A stretch of 64,000 nucleotides of DNA from Alphaproteobacteria bacterium. GTDB taxonomy: Bacteria; Pseudomonadota; Alphaproteobacteria; UBA7887. Position numbers and translations under genes: made by a program. The notes below the pieces were generated by a model that did not search any database, had not been told where the DNA came from, and saw only the letters and a list, made by a program, of their open reading frames with translations. Positions 49,238-58,645 of this stretch are shown here, piece after piece. The number at the start of each line of letters is the position of its first letter. Within the stretch, counting starts at the first letter, position 1. The stretch spans positions 4,512,001-4,576,000 of the forward strand of contig CBDCGL010000011.1 of NCBI GenBank assembly GCA_965216755.1. Reading direction: 5' to 3'.

Positions 49238-49500
49238 CATACACCCGACGGTCTGCGGTCGATTGCACGCACGACAGCTGTCGCCGTCGCCGGACAGTGG
49301 GAACTTTATTGCTGAAAGTGGATTGCGCCCCCGTGGCTTATGTATACTCAGCCGCCGTCTATCGGTCGGCAGGTCACGTCTTCACGCCTGAGAGAGTCCA
49401 AGACATTCGATCAACACCCCGCGCGCCCGGCTGTGGGCGCATCGCAGGTATCTAGCAGTGCGGCGCCGGCATTTGGGGTATCGCCGAGGAGGAATGAAGT

Positions 49501-50502
49501 ATGGCGAATAGTCCGTCAACACCTGCGGTCAAAGGGTTGGACCTGGGCACGAGCCGAATCGTCGTTGCGCGCCCCCGCGGGGAAAAGGTTGCTTTCGATG
49601 AACAACTCAATGCCTTTGTGGCGCTGCCATACGCAAAGATGACCGAAGGAATGTTGGAGCGGGAATCGATTTCGTATCGCGTCGAGAACGACGAGATCCT
49701 CGCCTACGGCAATCGCGTCGACGAGTTTGCGAATATTTTTGGTGGCGACACGCGTCGGCCCATGCAGACCGGGTTGCTGAATTCAAGCGAACCCCTGAGC
49801 CTGCAAATGGTCGAGCTGATGCTGGAGGAGATGGTCGGCGAGGCCCGCAAGGGCGAGAAGATTTGCTTCAGTGTGCCCGGCGCTCCCCCCGGTCATGAGA
49901 GCGATCTCTTGTACCACGAACGCACGGTAACCCAATTTCTGGAAGCCCTCGGGTATCAAGTAAAGAGCTTGAATGAAGGTCTTGCGATCGTGTTTTCGGA
50001 ACTGGAAAGTGCGGGTTTTACCGGCATTGGCGTCAGTTTCGGCGGCGGCATGTGCAATGTCTGTTTGGCTTACCTTGGTCTGCCGGTCATCACGTTCTGT
50101 ACCGTCCGCGCTGGCGACTATATCGACCGAAGCGCTGCTTCGGTCACCGGCAACACCCCCGTTAACGTGCGCATGCACAAGGAAGAGGACTTCGTTCTTG
50201 ACGGATTGAGTGACGACAATCTTGACCAAGCGTTGTCTGTATATTACGGCGACGTGGTGCGCAGTGTCGTTGATGGCTTGGAAACACATTTGGCAGATAC
50301 CAGCAAGCTGCCACGAATCACCAAGCCGATTCCGATCGCCCTGGGTGGCGGTACGGCCCGCGTCGATGGTTTTGAAGCGGAGTTTGAGAAGGCGGTGAGG
50401 GAAGCGGATTTACCGATTGAGATATCGGACGTTGAACTGGCCAAGACGCCACATTTCTGTACGGCCAAGGGAACGCTGATGGCGGCACTGTTGAATATGT
50501 GA
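49501..50502 (+). CDS. Actin-like ATPase (not MreB or FtsA; possibly Mad28-like)
   Basis: GLDLGTS (phosphate 1), TRRPMQTG, FSVP, NEGLA (connect 1), SFGGGMCN (phosphate 2), AGDYID, LGGGT (adenosine); GAGGAGG RBS. Confidence 0.85.
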   Translation: MANSPSTPAVKGLDLGTSRIVVARPRGEKVAFDEQLNAFVALPYAKMTEGMLERESISYRVENDEILAYGNRVDEFANIFGGDTRRPMQTGLLNSSEPLSLQMVELMLEEMVGEARKGEKICFSVPGAPPGHESDLLYHERTVTQFLEALGYQVKSLNEGLAIVFSELESAGFTGIGVSFGGGMCNVCLAYLGLPVITFCTVRAGDYIDRSAASVTGNTPVNVRMHKEEDFVLDGLSDDNLDQALSVYYGDVVRSVVDGLETHLADTSKLPRITKPIPIALGGGTARVDGFEAEFEKAVREADLPIEISDVELAKTPHFCTAKGTLMAALLNM

Positions 50503-50550
50503 TTTTGTTTGGCGGGGCCTTTTCGCGACTGACATGGGGATGTTCGTCGG

Positions 50551-50835
50551 ATGGGGGAGGCGAATTCAGAGGCCAAGGCAGCCAGCACAAGGCTACCGGG
50601 TGCCGGGTCGGACGCGGGCTCGTCGGCGGTTGTTGGCGAGGGGCGCGAGGCCGACTTGTCGCTCGAGGAGCTTAAGGCCGCGGCACGCCGCCTCAAGTCC
50701 GAACATGACCTGTTTCACCTTCTAAATCGCTTGAGCAAGCCTCTTGATGAGGACGCCGGCGCTGGCAAAGGCGCGCGCCTCGCTTCACGGTGGCTCACGC
50801 GCTTGCTCAGACGGGTCGGTCGCCGCAAATTGTAG
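50551..50835 (+). CDS. Small protein with basic amphipathic C-terminal helix
   Basis: Directly downstream of the actin-like gene; ends RLASRWLTRLLRRVGRRKL. Confidence 0.55.
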   Translation: MGEANSEAKAASTRLPGAGSDAGSSAVVGEGREADLSLEELKAAARRLKSEHDLFHLLNRLSKPLDEDAGAGKGARLASRWLTRLLRRVGRRKL

Positions 50836-50872
50836 CTTGCGGTTGCCGGCGGCGCGTTGTTTGGATCAGCTC

Positions 50873-51901
50873 TCAGAACTCGTAGGCGAGGCTGGCCTTG
50901 GTAACCGTGTCCGTTGCAACGGAATCGGTGGGCGGGCTGCTATTGTGCCGAACCTCGAAGGCGAGCTTGCCCGACCATTGGGCCATGATCTTGGCCGAAA
51001 GCGCCGTGACTGTTTTTGTGGTCGTGCGTTCTTCGCCGACAACCACCGACGTGTCGTTTGTCAGTGCCGCGTTGTCTGAAATCTGCCACTCTAAACCACT
51101 GGTAATTCTGCCAATCAGCTCGACCTCGGTTTGGCCGGTGGCGGTTACGCGGCTTTGGCGCGAGCCTGGACCCGCCTCGAGATCGAAAGTCAGTCTTGGC
51201 CGATCGATAAGCCGGTAGCCAACACCAATACTCTCAGTCAATTGCCAGTCAAATCCGCTGAATCGGTCATCTTCATACTCGATGAATCCGAAGCTATAGG
51301 CGCGGCCATTGAAGTGGTAGCGGGTCTCGCCGTTGACCAGCAGGCGCTGTTTCTTGGTTTCCCCGTCGTCGCGGGCAAGATCGAAGCTTGAGCCCAGATC
51401 ATGCTCCCAGTCGGAATAAGTGCCGACGAGCTTTGCCGCCACGCTGACACTGTCCGTCCGGCTATTTCCGGTAGTCCGGCTGCCGCCGAGCTCGATTTCG
51501 CCGGACCAGGGCGGCTCGGCACCGGGCGCGCTTGCTTCACTCGGCGCGGCCGTCGTATCTGCCGCGGCGACCACACCGCCATAGGCGGCTTGGCGTATGA
51601 TGCCGTTAAAGCCCGGATAGGCGCTGGCCACCCTATCGGCAATGGCCTCGGCATTATCCGGATCAATCGAAACCGCGTAGCCGACAAGCGCCGCGCTGAA
51701 CTCAGGGCGTCGGCTGATTTCGGCGATTATCGTGCTGATCAAGACATTGCCGCCGCCCTGGCGAAACGCATTGTCCAGGGCCGCCGTCGCGTTTGCGGGC
51801 AAGGTTGTTTGGCCGAACGCCGCCGACGTTACGACGATGATGGTCAGGCTAACAGCGAAGCTATTGACTACCGTGCGGGACTGACGGTCGCTGTGGGCCA
51901 T
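50873..51901 (-). CDS. DUF481 (YdiY-like) outer-membrane beta-barrel with N-terminal helical extension
   Basis: WSGEIELGGSRTTGNS, YEDDRFSG, EAGPG, C-terminal LAYEF. Confidence 0.85.
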   Translation of the reverse strand: MAHSDRQSRTVVNSFAVSLTIIVVTSAAFGQTTLPANATAALDNAFRQGGGNVLISTIIAEISRRPEFSAALVGYAVSIDPDNAEAIADRVASAYPGFNGIIRQAAYGGVVAAADTTAAPSEASAPGAEPPWSGEIELGGSRTTGNSRTDSVSVAAKLVGTYSDWEHDLGSSFDLARDDGETKKQRLLVNGETRYHFNGRAYSFGFIEYEDDRFSGFDWQLTESIGVGYRLIDRPRLTFDLEAGPGSRQSRVTATGQTEVELIGRITSGLEWQISDNAALTNDTSVVVGEERTTTKTVTALSAKIMAQWSGKLAFEVRHNSSPPTDSVATDTVTKASLAYEF

Positions 51902-52104
51902 GATGGCCGGCAACTCCGATTGCGAGCGGGGCGGCATCATCGTGCATTGGCGCGGCAAGGGCCAGTGACAACAAAAATACTCGCTGTGATTATTTTTCTT
52001 CCCGTGAGCTGAGCATATCTTGTAGCGCTCATGAAAAGGGAAGGCTATATTTCGTGCCGGCAACGTTGGGAGGCACACATATCTATCCTATCGGGGGGCA
52101 TTGA

Positions 52105-52503
52105 ATGTCACTTTCTGACGCGGATTTGGACGTCACTAAGGGCTTGTACGAACGACTACTCTCTGAACTCTCCGACATGGAGGTCCGTCTACAAAAAGGG
52201 CACACCAACGCGGCGCGTCTGATGTGCGGGTCGTTGGTTTTTGCAGCGTCGGCCTATATCGGTTCGTGCCTCGCCGACGATGTATTCGAGGATGACAAGA
52301 AAGACGGGGACGTCGAAGACCAAGTCGAGTTGGTGGCCGGATGGATGCGTCTGTTTGGAGAACATGTGGCAAAGTCGTTACAACATCGCGTCGAGCACAA
52401 GCGGGATGTTGACAAGGATGTGCCGCCGCCGCTGGACGACGCGGGCGAGATCGACTTCTCGGGTTTCGATACACCAGTGTTTGCGCGCCAAGGGCTTCGC
52501 TGA
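52105..52503 (+). CDS. Hypothetical protein
   Basis: 132-aa ORF with GGGGG RBS. Confidence 0.55.
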   Translation: MSLSDADLDVTKGLYERLLSELSDMEVRLQKGHTNAARLMCGSLVFAASAYIGSCLADDVFEDDKKDGDVEDQVELVAGWMRLFGEHVAKSLQHRVEHKRDVDKDVPPPLDDAGEIDFSGFDTPVFARQGLR

Positions 52504-52683
52504 TTTCCGCCCAAGATGGTCGCAGGCGCCGGCCGGCGCGTGTAGCCATTTGCTGATCGTTTGATGATTTGGATCAATGCGCGCGCATCCTGGCATGAGC
52601 TAAGGACAGCGTTTGGCGTCGGTAATTTCGATACTTAGTCGGAGTTCTGGCCAAACGCCTGAAATCAGTCCACGAGCTGTGTC

Positions 52684-53325
52684 ATGGCCTCAAGCCTCAT
52701 CGAGAGACCCGTGGATATTCTGGACGCAACCGTGCCTGGATATCTGCGTCTGCCGGATGCGCCGCAAGGAATTGTCGTCTATAGCGGCGACGATGACGAT
52801 CCACATGACGACGCCGTCGCAGAAGAGGCCGCCGTGGTATTGGATGGGCGCGCGATTGGGTTTCTGCGCGTGCCGTTGATGTCTCCGCGCGAACGGCTTG
52901 TTCATCACGCAGGTGCGGTCTTGGACATCAAACGCTTGGCCTTACATCTGATGGCGGTGACCGATTGGGCGGTGGGACAGGCGGATCTGGGCGACCTGTC
53001 CCTCGGCTATTTGGGTGTCGGCGCGGGCGGCGCCCCGGCGTTGATTGCCGCCGGAGATATGGGCACGCGTGTACGCGCGCTCGTCGTTGAACGTGGCCAT
53101 CCTGATCTTGCTAATCATGACCTTTCCAAGGTTACGGCGCCGACTCTGCTGGTGACCGGGGAAGTCGACTGGCCGCGTGTAACCGAGTCGATCGATGCCT
53201 TTCACATGTTGCGCTGTCAACGCGCGCTTCATGCCGTACCAAGCGTCGGCAATGTCTTTGCAGATCCCGACTCACGCGGCCACGTTTTGTCCGTCGCGGC
53301 CGATTGGTTTCAAAAGCATCTCTGA
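52684..53325 (+). CDS. Alpha/beta-hydrolase (dienelactone hydrolase-like), nucleophile motif degenerate
   Basis: LGYLGVGAGGAPALIAA, V.APTLLVTGE, AADWFQKHL. Confidence 0.75.
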   Translation: MASSLIERPVDILDATVPGYLRLPDAPQGIVVYSGDDDDPHDDAVAEEAAVVLDGRAIGFLRVPLMSPRERLVHHAGAVLDIKRLALHLMAVTDWAVGQADLGDLSLGYLGVGAGGAPALIAAGDMGTRVRALVVERGHPDLANHDLSKVTAPTLLVTGEVDWPRVTESIDAFHMLRCQRALHAVPSVGNVFADPDSRGHVLSVAADWFQKHL

Positions 53326-53356
53326 TCCATTTTTGGGCACTGTCTGTCCGCCGTGT

Positions 53357-53815
53357 TTCGGCATCCCCATTTATGGCACGATGACCCATTCCTATGTGCA
53401 AGCCCACGACAGTGAGGCGATGGCCTTTGAGAGCTTCGCGCGCCCACGTCCGGAAAGCGTGGTGCTGCTGATTGATACCTACGACACCGAAAACGGCGCG
53501 CGCAAGGTCGCTGCCTTGGCACCGAAATTACGTGGGTCCGGGATCTCGGTGCACGGCGTCCGATTGGACAGCGGCCATTTAATTGAATACGCACATACCG
53601 TGCGCGCAATATTGGATGATGCCGGGCTACGTGGAATTACGATTTTTGCAAGCGGTGGCCTAGATGAAAATGCCTTGCGGCGGATCACCGCGTCGCGCGC
53701 GCCGATTGATGGGTTCGGCATTGGCTCCAGCCTGACCACGGTGGCCGACGCGCCGGCGCTGCATGCGTTGACCATGGCCGTCGGTCGAGACAATCCGGAT
53801 TTGACCAACCGCTAA
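53357..53815 (+). pseudogene. pncB: Nicotinate phosphoribosyltransferase internal fragment
   Basis: FGIPIYGTMTHS, LLIDTYD, GVRLDSG, IFASGGLDE, IDGFGIGS present; N-terminal third and C-terminal domain missing. Confidence 0.82.
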
Positions 53816-53876
53816 ACCGTTTCCGTTCCGCGCTTGTTCACGAAATTACAAGCCCCCGCTGTGATTTCGGTTTGAT

Positions 53877-53897
53877 TATACAAATGGATTTTGTATA
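53877..53897. promoter_or_regulatory. Palindromic operator candidate upstream of Rrf2-cysK
   Basis: TATACAAA-tggat-TTTGTATA perfect 8-bp inverted repeat (core ATACA-N9-TGTAT). Confidence 0.55.
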
Positions 53898-53962
53898 TGT
53901 ATATAGAAGACACGCAATATCTGTCGATCGCAATAATGATCCACAGTCTGTTGAAGTAGGGC

Positions 53963-54418
53963 ATGACATTGATTCTGCGTTTTTCCGATAAGGAAATCGC
54001 GGCCATCGAAGCAGTCCTGGATATCGCTTTGAATGGCGGCGGAGGGCCTGTGCAAAGCCGCGATATCACGCGGCGCCAAGGCATTCCGCCGCGCTATTTG
54101 GAACCGGTGTTGCAACAGCTCGGCCGGGCTGGGCTCATCGTCGGTATTCGTGGGCCGAACGGTGGTTATCGTCTCGCTCGCGAGCGTCGGCGAATCACGC
54201 TTGCGGACCTGCTCAATGCCATGGAGCCGGAGCGGACCGCTACCCACGGGTCTGCGAATGATGATCCTTTGCGGTCCATGCTTCAGGGCGTTTTCGAAGG
54301 TCTGGAAAGCGACATGCAGGCGCGTTTGGCGGCGGTTACGGTCGAGGCATTGTGTTGGCGCGCGCACGGGCTTATGCAAGCCGAAGCGCCCGACGGAAAA
54401 GTGAGTTTCAGCATTTGA
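53963..54418 (+). CDS. Rrf2 family transcriptional regulator (CymR-like context)
   Basis: RYLEPVLQQL, GIRGPNGGYRLAR; lacks the IscR Cys triad; upstream of cysK. Confidence 0.9.
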   Translation: MTLILRFSDKEIAAIEAVLDIALNGGGGPVQSRDITRRQGIPPRYLEPVLQQLGRAGLIVGIRGPNGGYRLARERRRITLADLLNAMEPERTATHGSANDDPLRSMLQGVFEGLESDMQARLAAVTVEALCWRAHGLMQAEAPDGKVSFSI

Positions 54419-54428
54419 GTGCGCGGTC

Positions 54429-55430
54429 ATGACCAAAGTCGCGCCAAAGCGCCGGGCCAACCAAGGCATGGCGCAAACCGGCATCGTGCCCCACCGTGGG
54501 CGCGTTTTTGATGATGTGTTGCAGACCATCGGTTGTACGCCGGTGATCCGCCTCAGTCGTTTGATGGCGCGCCATGGCTGCGCCGGCGACGTCCTTGGAA
54601 AATGTGAATTTTTCAACCCGTTGGGTTCGGTCAAGGATCGTATCGGCTATGCCATGATCGAGGCGGCCGAGCGAGAAGGCCAGCTGTCGCCCGGCACCGT
54701 CGTGATCGAGCCGACTTCGGGCAACACCGGGATCGCGCTGGCGTTCGTGTGCGCGGTCAAGGGCTATCGGTTGATACTGACGATGCCAGCGGGGTTGTCG
54801 AACGAACGCACCAAGATGTTGCGTTTGTTGGGGGCGGAAATCGAATTGACACCCGCGGCACTGGGGATGCGCGGCGCCATCGACCGTGCCCACGCATTGG
54901 TTCAACAGGTACCCTCGGCCTTTATGCCGCACCAGTTTGCAAACGCTGCCAATCCTGACGTGCACAGCCAAACGACGGCCGAGGAGATCTGGTTGGATAC
55001 CGGCGGACACGTTGATGTCTTGGTCAGCGCAATTGGCACGGGCGGGACTTTTACGGGCGTCGCCCGTGTGCTCAAGGCGCGGAATCCAGAATTACGGCTG
55101 GTGGCCGTCGAGCCGGAAGACAGCCCTGTCTTGTCCGGCGGTCCGGCTGGCGTGCACCAAATCCAGGGAATCGGGGCCGGTTTCGTGCCGGAGATCTTGG
55201 CCACCGATTTCATCGACGAAGTGCTGCGTATCGGCAACGAGACCGCTTTCGCGACCGCGCGCGAAGTTGCCCGGTTCGAGGGCTTGCCCGTCGGCATTTC
55301 GTCGGGTTCTGCCTTGGCGGCGGCGCTGGAAGTGGCGACGCGCCCGGAGATGGCCGGCAAACAAATCGTCGTCATTTTGGCGTCATTCGCCGAACGCTAT
55401 CTTTCATCGGCCTTGTTCGAGGGCATTTAA
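54429..55430 (+). CDS. cysK: Cysteine synthase A
   Basis: NPLGSVKDR (PLP Lys), EPTSGNTG, GTGGT, HQIQGIGAG, SFAERYLS. Confidence 0.96.
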   Translation: MTKVAPKRRANQGMAQTGIVPHRGRVFDDVLQTIGCTPVIRLSRLMARHGCAGDVLGKCEFFNPLGSVKDRIGYAMIEAAEREGQLSPGTVVIEPTSGNTGIALAFVCAVKGYRLILTMPAGLSNERTKMLRLLGAEIELTPAALGMRGAIDRAHALVQQVPSAFMPHQFANAANPDVHSQTTAEEIWLDTGGHVDVLVSAIGTGGTFTGVARVLKARNPELRLVAVEPEDSPVLSGGPAGVHQIQGIGAGFVPEILATDFIDEVLRIGNETAFATAREVARFEGLPVGISSGSALAAALEVATRPEMAGKQIVVILASFAERYLSSALFEGI

Positions 55431-55511
55431 GCGTCGGCACACGGGCGCAGTTCCACCCGCGCATTCCGACACGTGAAGCCGCACAATGCGGCAGCATCGG
55501 CGGTCGCAAAA

Positions 55512-55532
55512 AATACAGAAAATAAATGTATT
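55512..55532. promoter_or_regulatory. Palindromic operator candidate upstream of the sulfite-reduction operon
   Basis: AATACA-N9-TGTATT, same core as 53878-53896. Confidence 0.55.
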
Positions 55533-55619
55533 GAAATGTAATTCACGTGATGATGTCGTTGCTACACGGAAAGAGCGAATCACGGACGTTTATTATACAT
55601 ATTCCGGATAGGAGCCGAT

Positions 55620-55808
55620 ATGGCGATGACGGCCTTGGCACGCCAATTTCAGACCCAAGAACGACTCGATCGGAATCGGATTCAGACCAATCTGCCGGCC
55701 GGTGCGCCGAGCCATGAGACCGATAAGGAACCCATTGCACCAACCGAACGCCAAAGTGAGGTGACGCCGGCGACGGCCGAACCACTTGTCTGGCGCGCCC
55801 ATTGGTAG
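55620..55808 (+). CDS. Small hypothetical protein at the head of the cys operon
   Basis: 62 aa, AGGAG RBS, ends 7 nt before the likely SUMT start. Confidence 0.45.
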   Translation: MAMTALARQFQTQERLDRNRIQTNLPAGAPSHETDKEPIAPTERQSEVTPATAEPLVWRAHW

Positions 55809-55815
55809 ACGCAAC

Positions 55816-56685
55816 GTGACACGACTCACGAAATCGCCGCCAGCAGACGCGGCACCTGCACCTATCGTCGCCTTTGCTGATCGGGCCGCCGCGGCCGCGC
55901 CGGCACGCGACGGCCAGGGGCGGGTCACGTTGGTTGGCGCCGGTCCCGGGGACCCCGACCTGTTGACCTTGCGGGCGGTCCAGGCTTTACGGCGCGCGGA
56001 CGTCGTGATCTACGACGGCTTGGTCGATTTGCAAATTCTGGATCATGTCCGTCCTGGTGCGCATCGCGTGTTGGCCGGCAAACGGGCCGGGCGGCCGGGT
56101 CGTTCACAGCTAGAGATCAACGCCATGATGGTGCACCACGCGCGCTTGGGCCGCGATGTTGTGCGGCTTAAAGGTGGCGATCCGATGATTTTCGGCCGTG
56201 CCGGCGAGGAACTCGCCTATTTGCGCGGTCATAGCATTGCGGTTGATGTTGTGCCCGGCGTAACCGCCGCGACCGGTTGCGCTGCGGCGGCCGGATTTTC
56301 GCTCACCCACCGGGATGCCTCTCACGCAGTGACGTTCTTGACCGGGCAGGAATGCTGTCAGACATCGGCGCTCGATTGGCGGGCATTGGCCACGCTCGAT
56401 CAAACCATGGTGGTCTACATGGGTGTCGGGTCGGCGGCGACAGTCGCGGTTCGCTTGATCGAACACGGTATGTCGGCGGAAAAACCAATTGCCATCATCG
56501 AAAACGGCACGCGGCCGAACAGTCGGACGTTGCGCGGCCAACTGTGTGATTTGGCGAGTCTGATCGCGGACCACGGCATTCGATCACCCGCGCTGCTGGT
56601 CATTGGCGATGTCACCACGTCCGTGAATACATCCATCGAAGCCATTGCAACGCACGGTCACTTTTCGATAGGGAGCCAGTCATGA
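55816..56685 (+). CDS. cobA: Uroporphyrinogen-III C-methyltransferase (SUMT; CysG methylase module only)
   Basis: LVGAGPGDPDLLTLRA, VRLKGGDPMIFGR, VPGVTAA; lacks the CysG dehydrogenase/chelatase N-terminus. Confidence 0.9.
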   Translation: MTRLTKSPPADAAPAPIVAFADRAAAAAPARDGQGRVTLVGAGPGDPDLLTLRAVQALRRADVVIYDGLVDLQILDHVRPGAHRVLAGKRAGRPGRSQLEINAMMVHHARLGRDVVRLKGGDPMIFGRAGEELAYLRGHSIAVDVVPGVTAATGCAAAAGFSLTHRDASHAVTFLTGQECCQTSALDWRALATLDQTMVVYMGVGSAATVAVRLIEHGMSAEKPIAIIENGTRPNSRTLRGQLCDLASLIADHGIRSPALLVIGDVTTSVNTSIEAIATHGHFSIGSQS

Positions 56686-56984
56686 GTGATAAGATCATTA
56701 CTGCCAATCGCTTGAGCGATGGTCGCGTCATCTATCTGGCTAACTCTGGCAACTGGACCGAAGAACTGGCTGAAGCCGCGCGCGCCGCGGATCCGGGCGC
56801 CGAAGCCCGTCTGTTGGCTGTGGCGGAAGACGAAAGTCAGCGATGGATCGCTATCTCGCCCTACGTAATCGACGTGGGTGATTCAGCCGATACGACGCGG
56901 CCAAAGAGGTTCAGAGAATGGATCCGCGCGTTCGGCCCGACCATACGCACCCCTGTTGGGCCCCAGCCAGATCAACAGGTTTGA
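56682..56984 (+). CDS. DUF2849 protein
   Basis: IITANRLSDGRVIYL, FREWIRAFGPT; usual position before the sulfite reductase gene. Confidence 0.88.
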   Translation: MSDKIITANRLSDGRVIYLANSGNWTEELAEAARAADPGAEARLLAVAEDESQRWIAISPYVIDVGDSADTTRPKRFREWIRAFGPTIRTPVGPQPDQQV

Positions 56985-56986
56985 TC

Positions 56987-58645
56987 ATGTATCGCTATGA
57001 CGAATACGATCACACTCTGGTGCGTGAACGCATTGCCCAGTTCCGCGACCAAGTCGCGCGGCGTATCAGCGGCGATCTCACCGAGGACGAGTTCAAGCCG
57101 TTACGCTTGATGAATGGCCTCTATTTACAACTGCACGCCTATATGCTGCGGGTCGCGATACCCTATGGCACGTTGTCGTCAGGGCAGTTGCGCGCTTTGG
57201 CTGATATCGCGCGCCGCTTTGATAAAGGCTACGGGCATTTTACCACCCGGCAGAACCTCCAATACAACTGGCCGAAATTGGTTGAGACGCCCGATATTCT
57301 CGATGCGTTGGCTGATGTTGAGATGCATGCCATACAAACCAGTGGCAATTGCATACGCAATGTCACAGCTGACCCTTATGCGGGCGTCGCCGCCGACGAA
57401 ATTGAGGACCCCAGAGTCTATTGCGAGTTGATTCGTCAGTGGTCAACCCTGCATCCGGAATTCTCTTTCCTGCCACGCAAGTTCAAGATCGCTGTGACTG
57501 GGGCCAGGCAGGATCGCGCCGCTGTGCGGGTTCATGACATTGGCCTGGTTATGAAACGGTCGGACGACGGCGAGATCGGTTTTGAGGTGATGGTTGGTGG
57601 CGGCCAAGGTCGCACGCCCCGGCTCGCACGAACCATACGCCCATTTCTGGCCAAGCGAGACATGCTGTCCTATTTGGAGGCCATCCTGCGTGTCTACAAT
57701 CAGCTTGGCCGGCGCGACAATCTCTATAAGGCGCGGATCAAGATCCTGGTTGACCAGGTGGGCGTCGACGCATTCCGCGATATGGTTGAGGAGGCGTGGG
57801 CGTCTATACGAGACGGAGTCCTGGATCTTGACGGGGAGGCGTTGGAACGAATTGCGGCGTTCTTCGCGCCGCCGAACTACGAGTCTTTGTCGGCAAGGTG
57901 CCAGGCGCTGGACGAGGCCCGTTCTGCCGATGCAGATTTTGATCGCTGGGTCGCGACCAATGTACGTCCCCACAAACAGCCGGGATACGGAATTGTTGAA
58001 ATTTCACTGAAGCCGATCGGTGGGATCCCGGGCGACGCCACGGCTGCGCAGATGGAAACCGTTGCCGATTTGGCCGAAGTCTATGGTTTCGGCGAGATTC
58101 GCGTTAACCATACACAAAACCTGGTGCTGCCCGATGTGCGGTTGCAGGACCTCGCCGATTTGTGGCGTGTCCTGGTCGCCAATGGGCTTGGCACGGCCAA
58201 TCTGGGTCTGGTCAGTGATATCATTGCCTGCCCAGGGCTGGACTATTGCGCTTTGGCGAATGCCCGGTCGATACCGGTGGCAACAGCCATCTCACGGCGT
58301 TTCCACGATTTGGATCGCCAGCACAATATTGGTGAGCTGAATATAAAAATCTCGGGCTGTATCAACGCGTGCGGCCACCATCATGTTGGTCACATCGGGA
58401 TTCTCGGCGTCGATCGCAAAGGTGAAGAGTATTACCAGGTTACCCTGGGCGGGACGGCCGACAATGGCGCCGCGATTGGCAAGATCATTGGGCCGGCGTT
58501 CGCCGAGAACAAGATCGTCGATGCGGTCGAAACGATCGTCGATACGTATTTGGAATTGCGCGCCAACGACGATGAGCGCTTTGTCGAGACCTATCGTCGT
58601 GTTGGCGCATCACCTTTCGCGGAGGTCCTCTATGGTTCTCGTTAG
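56987..58645 (+). CDS. cysI: Assimilatory sulfite reductase hemoprotein
   Basis: MYRYDEYD, HFTTRQN, TSGNCIRNV, CPGLDYC and SGCINAC siroheme/[4Fe-4S] ligands. Confidence 0.94.
   Translation: MYRYDEYDHTLVRERIAQFRDQVARRISGDLTEDEFKPLRLMNGLYLQLHAYMLRVAIPYGTLSSGQLRALADIARRFDKGYGHFTTRQNLQYNWPKLVETPDILDALADVEMHAIQTSGNCIRNVTADPYAGVAADEIEDPRVYCELIRQWSTLHPEFSFLPRKFKIAVTGARQDRAAVRVHDIGLVMKRSDDGEIGFEVMVGGGQGRTPRLARTIRPFLAKRDMLSYLEAILRVYNQLGRRDNLYKARIKILVDQVGVDAFRDMVEEAWASIRDGVLDLDGEALERIAAFFAPPNYESLSARCQALDEARSADADFDRWVATNVRPHKQPGYGIVEISLKPIGGIPGDATAAQMETVADLAEVYGFGEIRVNHTQNLVLPDVRLQDLADLWRVLVANGLGTANLGLVSDIIACPGLDYCALANARSIPVATAISRRFHDLDRQHNIGELNIKISGCINACGHHHVGHIGILGVDRKGEEYYQVTLGGTADNGAAIGKIIGPAFAENKIVDAVETIVDTYLELRANDDERFVETYRRVGASPFAEVLYGSR

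Noticed and set aside
49501-50502. Magnetosome island (mamK) or mreB
   Set aside because: No mam/mms or mreCD genes are nearby, and the motifs differ from MreB/MamK; only a general actin fold is supported.
58383-58631. N-terminal extension of the DUF934-CysH ORF overlapping cysI
   Set aside because: A GGAGG RBS and the start of DUF934 similarity place the start at ATG 58632.
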